DNA of 24,000 bases from Acaryochloris marina S15. GTDB lineage: Bacteria > Cyanobacteriota > Cyanobacteriia > Thermosynechococcales > Thermosynechococcaceae. Every line of letters begins with the position of its first letter. Within the stretch, counting starts at the first letter, position 1. Position numbers and translations under genes: made by a program. The notes below the pieces were generated by a model that saw only the letters and a list, made by a program, of their open reading frames with translations, ran no database searches and had not been told where the DNA came from. Below are positions 17,084 through 23,579 of this stretch, one piece after another. The DNA lies in assembly GCF_018336915.1 (NCBI RefSeq), contig NZ_CP064923.1, positions 3,380,371 through 3,404,370 on the forward strand, read 5' to 3'.

Positions 17084-20000
17084 TTACAAGCGTTTATCCT
17101 CCCGGAGCTTGTCCAGTTGGCCTCGGAAGTGTCCCTGCAATCCTTCGATCGATTCATATTCCTTGTAAAAGTGGCTTAAATTACTAAGCTTATCTTTGAA
17201 GTCACGCAGAGAAATAAGATCATCAACATTGACATCACTGGTTGAAACCGTGGTCTTCCGGAAGTAGGTATAGATCAGCGGTTTCTTAGTCTTCTTGAAG
17301 GTTTTGTATGCAACGTCAAATTCTTCCTCTGTGTATTTACCTGTTTTAGTCTTGAACAAGCTGACGAAAATGTCGCAGTGTCGAATTTTTTGGTTATATT
17401 CATTCTGGAGTCGGGTTGTCGACATGGCATCAAGGAAGTTTTCCCAGCGGATAACTTCTAAGTAGATGCCTTGTTTGCGTAGACGGTCATTCTGCTGGCG
17501 AAAATATAGATCGAAAGCGTCGCGATCTTCGCGAAGCTCAGCTGAGGACGCTAGGAAGATCCGAATCGTCTTTTCCTTCACAGTATCCGCCGACTTAGAT
17601 TGATTTGATTCTTCAGGTGTTTCTATCTCACTATTGTCTTGAGGTAGCTCTTGTTTTGCTCTCGCCAACCATTGTTCTAGATTCATGCCATCCAGAAGTT
17701 CTAGCACGCTGACATCATGGTAGTCAGGTGGATTGGGGCACTCAATGGATGGTTTGCCTCTACTTTTCCGTTCAATTAATTTTTTCTGCTCGAACATTGC
17801 TGGTTCTGTTAGGTTCATGCAGGTTTCACAGATGCAAGGCACCCATTTACTGACTTTGTCTTTGAGTCCTTGGAAGCTGTCGTTTAGTGCATCAAGTTCA
17901 CTGGCAATAGTGCTGAGCAGCGATTTTTTTTCTGGACCACGGCTGCGGAGAATAATTTCATTACCTTTTTCGGCTGTCACCACTAGCATCTTTGTTTCAC
18001 CATGCTCGAATAAGGCACCCTGCAACCAACATAGATTCGGCTGCTTTACAAAACGGTGCACTCGAACGATCAGTCGGCTTACCAGGCCCCGAGGTAGAAA
18101 CTCGTAGCGGTAGGTCAACATCAGATCGCCACTCCTGGCCCAATTGTCTAGCTCTGAAGGCTTTGAAGGTGACAAGTGTTGTGGAACCAGCCATGTCTCT
18201 TTGTTCATATCCGGCAGCCGATAACATAGCTCGAAACGGACCATGAGGGCACGCAACTCTATTTCCTTATCCGCGTAGCCTTTTTTGGACCACAGACGAT
18301 CGCAATCATCCAGGGTAAAGCGACCTTGCTGGGATTTGACATTTTCGTCGTCAAGGATACGAAATACTGCATCTGTCATCCACTGGTTCTGTAAAAATAT
18401 AGTCCGTCGGAGTTCCCGTGGTTCCTGAAAGTGTAGGAACACTCCCAGGTCATGCAGGTACTGGCTTAGCTTTAGGGCCTTATCGAGATCTGCTTCAAGA
18501 TGACCTGCATAGACTGTGAAGTAGTTATCCAGTGAGATATAGGGCTGGGTCTTTGCCAATTCCTTCAATTCATCGCGAATGGCAACCCATTTAGCTGGTA
18601 CATCTTCACCAATATGTGGCAATTTCTGAATGTAGTATTCTACCGCTTGGCGCAGTTTATCCGCCGCACATGGATGTTCCAGATTGCCCCGATGGAACTC
18701 CTCTACGTTGGGAAAGCGCCCTCTGATGCCCACCTCGTCGATCTGTTTACTGCGTCCGCCTTTCTCATTTTGAAAAATTAGTAGGGGACTAGCTGCGCTA
18801 AGGGTTTCAACTACCTCCAGCCAGAACTTAAAACCTTCGTCATAGACTGATTTGTGATCACTGCGGGTGTCATCGACCAATACATACAAGGAACGCTTTG
18901 TGAGAAAGAACTGATGGGTCGCATGATAAATCTGCTGACCGCCAAAGTCCCAGGCATTAAGTCGAAACTTGCGTCCATTAGACATTGAGAACTCATGACG
19001 GTGGATATCGATGCCACGGGTTGTTTCGTCTTCGTTAGGCAGTCCTAATTCGGGCAGAAACATACGACGCAGAATGCTAGTTTTTCCAGCCCCACCCTCG
19101 CCAACAATTAGTAGTTTGGCTTCAAACAGCCGATCTACCCCCTGCGCTTCAACCTCATGAAAGTAATTGAGTACTGCCTCCGGCCCCTGCTTTACGATTT
19201 CCGGCGAGGGATGTGTTAGCGGACAATCTTCGACATAGATACCTACTCCCCGCCATGTTGCTTGGGACCAATGGATCGGTCGTTTGGCTAAGACCCACGA
19301 TTTTAAAGGTGATAGATCTACCACGTTTGTCTCAGCAATGTTCAGTGTCACGAGTGGAAGCTGTGCTAATGGAGCAACCGTCGTTATCTGTTTATTTGAA
19401 TTTAGATGTAGATCGTTGAGAGCTGTTTGGTGTTGACCAATGGCAATGACAACTGCATCACCCACATTGTTGTTACTCAGATTGAGTGACGAGAGCTGTT
19501 GGAGGTTCTCTGCGATGGCCCGCGCCCCGTCATCACCCACTTTGTTGTTTCTCAGATTGAGTGACGAGAGCTGTTGAAGGTTCTCTGCGATGGCCCGCGC
19601 CCCGTCATCACCCACATTGTTGTTTCTCAGATTGAGTGACGAGAGCTGTTGGAGGTTCTCTGCAATGGCCCGCGCCCCGTCATCACCCACTTTGTTGCCA
19701 CTCAGATCAAGGGACGAGAGCTGTTGGAGGTTCTCTACGATGGCCCGCGCCCCATCATCGCCCACTTCGTTGAAACTCAGATTGAGTGACGAGAGCTGTT
19801 GGAGGTTCTCTGCAATGGCCCGCGCCCCGTCATCACCCACATTGTTGTTACTCAGATTGAGTGACGAGAGCTGTTGGAGGTTCTCTGCGATGGCCCGCGC
19901 CCCATCATCGCCCACTTCGTTGAAACTCAGATTGAGTGACGAGAGCTGTTGGAGGTTCTCTGCAATGGCCCGCGCCCCGTCATCACCCACTTCGTTGTCA

Positions 20001-20515
20001 CTCAGATCAAGTGACGAGAGCTGTTGGAGGTTCTCTGCGATGGCCCGCGCCCCATCATCGCCCACTTCGTTGAAACTCAGATTGAGTGACGAGAGCTGTT
20101 GGAGGTTCTCTGCGATGGCCCGCGCCCCGTCAGCGCCCACTTCGTTGTCACTCAGATCAAGTGACGAGAGCTGTTGGAGGTTCTCTGCGATGGCAGTGAT
20201 GTCTGTATCCTGCAGGCTGAGGGACCAAAAGGTGAGAGTTTGCAACCGATTGAGTCGCAATAGTTCAAGGGGGAGACTAGATAACTGGGTGGTAAGTTGG
20301 AATACAACGCGCCCCTGAAACTCCTTTGGCCAATTGTCCATTGATGGTGAAAGGCTAACTTCTGGTCCAAAGAGGGCTAGGTCAGTCCGATGTTCATTGC
20401 TGAGCCGCATTAGTAGATCGGGCAATTCATCTGGATTTATGCGCTGCAGCCCAGTTTCTCCAGTCATATTAGGTACTCCCAGCTTGTCCATCGGCTTTTT
20501 TTGGGTATTGCCCAC
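17084..20515 (-). CDS. ROCO-type multidomain protein: LRR (10 near-identical 25-aa repeats) - Roc GTPase - COR - Cys cluster - C-terminal TIR-like/DUF4062-like domain
   Basis: The ORF is 1143 aa. The LRR unit is LQQLSSLxLSxNxVGDDGARAIAEN. Roc motifs include P-loop LLIVGEGGAGKTS and switch II WDFGGQ. COR landmarks are VPAKWVAIRDELKE, YISLDNYF, LHDLGVFLHFQ and WLVPQHLSPSKP. The C-terminal 160 aa carry IRIFLASSAELREDRD...CDIFVSLFKTKTGKYTEEEFDVAY...KPLIYTYF. The annotated start is GTG at 20515. The ATG at 20467 (GGAG 8 nt upstream) is an alternative. Confidence 0.9.
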   Translation of the reverse strand: MGNTQKKPMDKLGVPNMTGETGLQRINPDELPDLLMRLSNEHRTDLALFGPEVSLSPSMDNWPKEFQGRVVFQLTTQLSSLPLELLRLNRLQTLTFWSLSLQDTDITAIAENLQQLSSLDLSDNEVGADGARAIAENLQQLSSLNLSFNEVGDDGARAIAENLQQLSSLDLSDNEVGDDGARAIAENLQQLSSLNLSFNEVGDDGARAIAENLQQLSSLNLSNNNVGDDGARAIAENLQQLSSLNLSFNEVGDDGARAIVENLQQLSSLDLSGNKVGDDGARAIAENLQQLSSLNLRNNNVGDDGARAIAENLQQLSSLNLRNNKVGDDGARAIAENLQQLSSLNLSNNNVGDAVVIAIGQHQTALNDLHLNSNKQITTVAPLAQLPLVTLNIAETNVVDLSPLKSWVLAKRPIHWSQATWRGVGIYVEDCPLTHPSPEIVKQGPEAVLNYFHEVEAQGVDRLFEAKLLIVGEGGAGKTSILRRMFLPELGLPNEDETTRGIDIHRHEFSMSNGRKFRLNAWDFGGQQIYHATHQFFLTKRSLYVLVDDTRSDHKSVYDEGFKFWLEVVETLSAASPLLIFQNEKGGRSKQIDEVGIRGRFPNVEEFHRGNLEHPCAADKLRQAVEYYIQKLPHIGEDVPAKWVAIRDELKELAKTQPYISLDNYFTVYAGHLEADLDKALKLSQYLHDLGVFLHFQEPRELRRTIFLQNQWMTDAVFRILDDENVKSQQGRFTLDDCDRLWSKKGYADKEIELRALMVRFELCYRLPDMNKETWLVPQHLSPSKPSELDNWARSGDLMLTYRYEFLPRGLVSRLIVRVHRFVKQPNLCWLQGALFEHGETKMLVVTAEKGNEIILRSRGPEKKSLLSTIASELDALNDSFQGLKDKVSKWVPCICETCMNLTEPAMFEQKKLIERKSRGKPSIECPNPPDYHDVSVLELLDGMNLEQWLARAKQELPQDNSEIETPEESNQSKSADTVKEKTIRIFLASSAELREDRDAFDLYFRQQNDRLRKQGIYLEVIRWENFLDAMSTTRLQNEYNQKIRHCDIFVSLFKTKTGKYTEEEFDVAYKTFKKTKKPLIYTYFRKTTVSTSDVNVDDLISLRDFKDKLSNLSHFYKEYESIEGLQGHFRGQLDKLREDKRL
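17087..17569 (-). other. C-terminal putative effector domain (aa 983-1143), TIR-like / DUF4062-like flavodoxin-type fold
   Basis: The beta-alpha pattern runs IRIFLASS (strand), ELREDRDAFDLYF (helix), IYLEVIRWE (strand), CDIFVSLF (strand), GKYTEEEFDVAY (conserved-Glu helix), PLIYTYF (strand). This matches my recollection of the DUF4062 / TIR-like consensus (vFiSS..dL.eeR ... cDvfv.i.g.rYG...TE.Ey..A...kP.l.f). It has not been checked with an HMM. Confidence 0.5.
17846..18628 (-). other. COR (C-terminal of Roc) domain, aa ~630-890
   Basis: It follows the Roc domain directly. Typical COR strings are present: KWVAIRDELKE, YISLDNYF, LSQYLHDLGVFLHFQ, FLQNQWMTDAVFRILD, ELCYRL and WLVPQHL. Confidence 0.7.
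18641..19123 (-). other. Roc (Ras of complex proteins) GTPase domain, aa ~465-625
   Basis: G1 is GEGGAGKTS (nt 19076-19102). G3 is DFGGQ (nt 18935-18949). The G4 position reads NEKG (nt 18758-18769) instead of the canonical NKxD. Confidence 0.85.
19430..20203 (-). repeat. 75-bp (25-codon) in-frame tandem repeat array encoding 10 LRR units
   Basis: The period is 75 nt (for example, CCCAC at 19461 and 19536). The units are nearly identical in DNA sequence, with a few recurring subtype variants (SFNE, SDNE, S/RNNN/K). Confidence 0.9.
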
Positions 20516-20618
20516 CCTCTATTTCTCGATGTGTTTTATCCATTACCATCAATATTTCTTGACCTTCTCAATACAATATCTCAGCCGAATCAGTGACATT
20601 TACGCATTTATCTCTATG

Positions 20619-20726
20619 CCAGAGCAATGCTAGCCCTATGACACCAGAATTCGGGTTACCTGTGATTGAACATTACAAAACGGTGAAATCAGTGGTCCTG
20701 AGTCGGGAGACCTTTTATCTTGAAGG
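20619..20726. repeat. Direct repeat copy B, flanking the 5' side of the LRR-Roc-COR gene
   Basis: See copy A. The core 20647-20690 is 42/44 identical to 16969-17012. Copy B carries a 20-nt insertion (20691-20710) before the shared CTTTT..TGAAGG tail. It lies 28-135 nt upstream of the pip start codon. Confidence 0.85.
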
Positions 20727-20753
20727 ACAAGAGATAGCTGTTGGACCTCCAAA

Positions 20754-21704
20754 ATGCGCGAACTTTACCCAGTCATCACCCCTTATACAACGGGTAAACT
20801 CCAAGTTTCTGATCTGCATACCCTCCATTACGAAGAAGTGGGAAATCCCCAGGGGAAACCAGCTATATTTCTGCACGGGGGACCCGGGGGCGGCATTGAT
20901 CCGGTCTATCGACAGTATTTTGATCCACAGGAATGGCGGTTAGTGCTGTTTGACCAGCGGGGTTGCGGGCAAAGCACCCCCCATGCAGAGCTAAAAGAAA
21001 ACACCACCTGGGATTTAGTCAGGGATATCGAAACCCTGCGTCAGCATCTCGACATTGATCAGTGGGTAGTCTTTGGAGGGAGTTGGGGCAGTACTTTAGC
21101 CCTGGCCTACAGCCAGACCCATCCTGAATCCTGCAAGGGACTCATCTTGCGGGGGATATTTATGTTGCGTCATCAAGAACTGCAATGGTTCTACCAAGAA
21201 GGAGCCAGCAACATTTTCCCAGATGCCTGGGAAGCCTATCTCCAGCCCATTCCTCTGGAAGAGCGTCAGGATTTAATCAGTGCCTATTACCGCCGACTCA
21301 CAAGTAACGATCCAAACATTCAACTGGAAGCGGCCAAAGCCTGGTCCGTCTGGGAGGCCACAACGAGCAAACTGTTGCCCGATCCTGAATTGCAAGAAAA
21401 ATGTGGTGAAGACACCTTTGCCACGGCCTTTGCTCGGATTGAATGTCACTATTTCATGAACAAGGGCTTTTTAGACACAGAAGATCAGCTGATGCGGGGA
21501 TGCGATCGCATCCAGCATCTCCCCATCGTTATTGTTCAAGGCCGTTATGATGTCGTTTGCCCCGTCATTTCAGCCTGGGAACTCCATCAGCAACTTCCTC
21601 AATCAGAGCTGCAAATCATTGCCGATGCCGGCCATTCCATTACAGAACCTGGCATTCGCAATGCTTTGATCGAAGCAACCGACCGCTTTGCTCAAATTCC
21701 ATGA
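20754..21704 (+). CDS. pip: Proline iminopeptidase (prolyl aminopeptidase)
   Basis: Family signatures run through the full length: LYP.ITPY, HYEEVGNPQGKPAIFLHGGPGGG, LFDQRGCGQSTPHA, NTTWDLVRDIE, FGGSWGSTLALAY, LRGIF and WFYQEGAS.IFPDAWE. Confidence 0.95.
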   Translation: MRELYPVITPYTTGKLQVSDLHTLHYEEVGNPQGKPAIFLHGGPGGGIDPVYRQYFDPQEWRLVLFDQRGCGQSTPHAELKENTTWDLVRDIETLRQHLDIDQWVVFGGSWGSTLALAYSQTHPESCKGLILRGIFMLRHQELQWFYQEGASNIFPDAWEAYLQPIPLEERQDLISAYYRRLTSNDPNIQLEAAKAWSVWEATTSKLLPDPELQEKCGEDTFATAFARIECHYFMNKGFLDTEDQLMRGCDRIQHLPIVIVQGRYDVVCPVISAWELHQQLPQSELQIIADAGHSITEPGIRNALIEATDRFAQIP

Positions 21705-21756
21705 CATGCCTTGGCTAAGACTTAATTTATGCTCCAGCAAGAAAACAAGATCGATG

Positions 21757-21811
21757 CTTTCAGAGGGGCGGTTTCAGATTACTATGGAAGGAATGGCTGA
21801 AACCCTGAAAG
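21757..21811 (+). promoter_or_regulatory. Nested two-stem RNA/DNA hairpin in the pip-acpP intergenic region
   Basis: The outer stem is CTTTCAG (21757-21763) / CTGAAAG (21805-21811). The inner stem is GGTTTCAG (21770-21777) / CTGAAACC (21797-21804). There is a 6-nt 5' bulge (AGGGGC) and a 19-nt loop. No U-tract follows. The function is unknown. Confidence 0.3.
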
Positions 21812-21952
21812 ACTGGATCAGACATTCCCTGGCCTTGATCTTTGAGCAAGGACATTGAAATATGCTCAGGGAAGGAAGTAAAGCATTTGGCCTCATTTGA
21901 AGCCGCATTTAACCTTCTGCTAGAGTCCGTAGTTTTAGAGAAAAGAGAACCC

Positions 21953-22198
21953 ATGAGTGAGTCGGAAATTTTTGGCAAAGTAAAAGATATTGTTGCCGAG
22001 CAATTAAGTGTTGATGCTGAAAAGGTAACGCCAGAAGCGAGCTTCCAGAACGATCTAGATGCTGACTCCCTGGATGTTGTGGAAATGGTGATGGCTCTAG
22101 AAGAAGAGTTTGATATCGAAATTCCAGACGAAGCAGCCGAAGAAATCCTTACGGTTCAAGCTGCTGTTAACTTTATCTCAAGCAAAGTAAAGGCTTAG
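21953..22198 (+). CDS. acpP: Acyl carrier protein
   Basis: I place the start at the internal ATG at 21953, giving 81 aa ([18 protein letters not shown]...). The phosphopantetheine site [27 protein letters not shown] is canonical. The 37-aa N-terminal extension in the ORF track is not ACP-like. Confidence 0.95.
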   Translation: MSESEIFGKVKDIVAEQLSVDAEKVTPEASFQNDLDADSLDVVEMVMALEEEFDIEIPDEAAEEILTVQAAVNFISSKVKA

Positions 22199-22212
22199 CA
22201 ATCCTGATAGAC

Positions 22213-22240
22213 CGTGTTGCATGCTCTAGCATGCAACACG
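22213..22240 (+). promoter_or_regulatory. Intercistronic hairpin between acpP and fabF
   Basis: A perfect 12-bp stem, CGTGTTGCATGC / GCATGCAACACG, encloses a 4-nt loop (TCTA), starting 15 nt after the acpP stop. No U-tract follows. It could be a partial terminator or an mRNA-stabilising element. Confidence 0.45.
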
Positions 22241-22290
22241 ATTGCTAACCCCTAAATATTTTCATCCTATGCTGATCACATGTGACCATC

Positions 22291-23544
22291 ATGACTAACC
22301 TAGAGCCTAAGCGCGTTGTAATTACAGGGCTGGGGGCCATCACTCCGTTAGGGAATACCCTCTCTGAATACTGGGATGGGTTGCTTGCGGGTCGCAGTGG
22401 AATTGGCCCCGTCACCCGGTTTGATGCAGCTAAGCATGCCTGCCAAATTGCCGGAGAAGTGAAAGGCTTCGATCCACAAGACTATATGGATCGTAAAGAC
22501 GCCAAACGCATGGACCGTTTTGCTCAATTTGCGGTGTCTGCCAGCAAACAAGCCCTAGCTGATGCTAACTTCACCATTGACGATACCAATGCAAACGATA
22601 TCGGTATCATCATCGGCACCGGTATTGGGGGTCTAAAAGTTCTAGAGGATCAGCAGGAAATTTATCTCACCAAAGGGCCGGATCGCTGCAGCCCCTTTAT
22701 GATTCCGATGATGATTGCCAATATGGCGGCAGGCTTAACAGCCATTCATGTGGGTGCTAAAGGTCCTAACTCCTGTTCAGTGACGGCCTGTGCTGCCGGG
22801 TCTAACGCCATTGGTGATGCCTTTCGCTTTGTCCAGAGGGGCTATACCAAAGCGATGATTTGTGGTGGCACCGAAGCTGCAGTGACTCCCTTATCCATGG
22901 CTGGATTTGCGGCCTGTCGAGCCCTCTCCACCCGCAATGATGATCCCACAAAAGCCAGCCGCCCGTTTGATCGTGATCGGGATGGTTTTGTCCTGGGAGA
23001 AGGAGTTGGCATTCTCTTAATTGAAGAATTAGAGCATGCTCTAGCGCGAGGCGCCAAAATTTACGCCGAGCTGATTGGCTATGGGGTCACTTGCGATGCT
23101 CATCATATGACATCCCCCTCCCCTGGTGGCGTTGGCGCGGCCCGAGCCATTGAGTTATGCCTTAAAGACAGTAACTTGTCCCCTGACCAAATCAGCTATA
23201 TCAATGCCCATGGCACCAGCACGAACGCCAACGATACAACGGAAACAGCTGCAATTAAGCATGCAATCGGTGATAATGCTTACCGAGTAGCCATTAGTTC
23301 CACAAAATCGATGACGGGTCATTTACTGGGCGGGTCGGGTGGTATTGAAGCCGTAGCCACTGCCATGGCCATTGCCAATGATCAAGTCCCGCCGACAATT
23401 AACCTAGATAATCCTGACGAAGGATGCGATTTAGACTATATTCCCCATACCAGCCGTAAATTAACGGTTGATGTTGCTCTTTCCAATTCCTTTGGTTTTG
23501 GCGGTCACAATGTCACCCTCGCCTTCCGAAAATATGCCGATTGA
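22291..23544 (+). CDS. fabF: 3-oxoacyl-ACP synthase II (KAS II)
   Basis: MTNLEPKRVVITGLGAITPLGN, the active-site Cys in SVTACAAGSNAIG, and the His motifs (CDAHHMTSP, NAHGTSTNAND) and GFGGHN are all present. ATG at 22291 is preferred over GTG at 22282. Confidence 0.95.
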   Translation: MTNLEPKRVVITGLGAITPLGNTLSEYWDGLLAGRSGIGPVTRFDAAKHACQIAGEVKGFDPQDYMDRKDAKRMDRFAQFAVSASKQALADANFTIDDTNANDIGIIIGTGIGGLKVLEDQQEIYLTKGPDRCSPFMIPMMIANMAAGLTAIHVGAKGPNSCSVTACAAGSNAIGDAFRFVQRGYTKAMICGGTEAAVTPLSMAGFAACRALSTRNDDPTKASRPFDRDRDGFVLGEGVGILLIEELEHALARGAKIYAELIGYGVTCDAHHMTSPSPGGVGAARAIELCLKDSNLSPDQISYINAHGTSTNANDTTETAAIKHAIGDNAYRVAISSTKSMTGHLLGGSGGIEAVATAMAIANDQVPPTINLDNPDEGCDLDYIPHTSRKLTVDVALSNSFGFGGHNVTLAFRKYAD

Positions 23545-23579
23545 TGTTGGATTTACTTGCCATGATGGCATTGATATTT

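Noticed and set aside
17733-18246. Several 76-124 aa ORFs on both strands inside the ROCO gene (17733-18107, 17992-18246, 17997-18227, 18811-19017, 19213-19419)
   Set aside because: All are embedded in or antisense to a long ORF with continuous Roc/COR motif support. None has protein-like features of its own.
19430-20203. Regular 75-bp repeats that might at first glance suggest a CRISPR-like array
   Set aside because: The repeats are contiguous, with no unique spacers between them. They lie in-frame inside a long ORF and translate to a textbook LRR consensus. This is a coding tandem repeat, not a CRISPR array.
19590-20318. 242-aa plus-strand ORF (MARAPSSPTLL... periodic)
   Set aside because: It is the antisense shadow of the LRR repeat array. 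Its periodic, stop-free frame follows from the 75-bp repetition, and it has no independent protein-like features.
16909-20753. Classical mobile element (IS, transposon or prophage remnant) carrying the ROCO gene
   Set aside because: No transposase, integrase or recombinase ORF and no terminal inverted repeats are visible. Only the direct repeats are present. I report the segment as a possible cassette insertion, not as a mobile element.
20593-20943. 116-aa plus-strand ORF spanning direct-repeat copy B and the start of pip
   Set aside because: It runs out of frame across the well-supported pip gene, and its translation has no recognisable features. The repeat is better explained as duplicated non-coding DNA.
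21842-21952. 37-codon N-terminal extension of the acpP ORF
   Set aside because: Acyl carrier proteins are about 80 aa. The internal ATG at 21953 gives the canonical length and N-terminus, and the extension has no ACP similarity.
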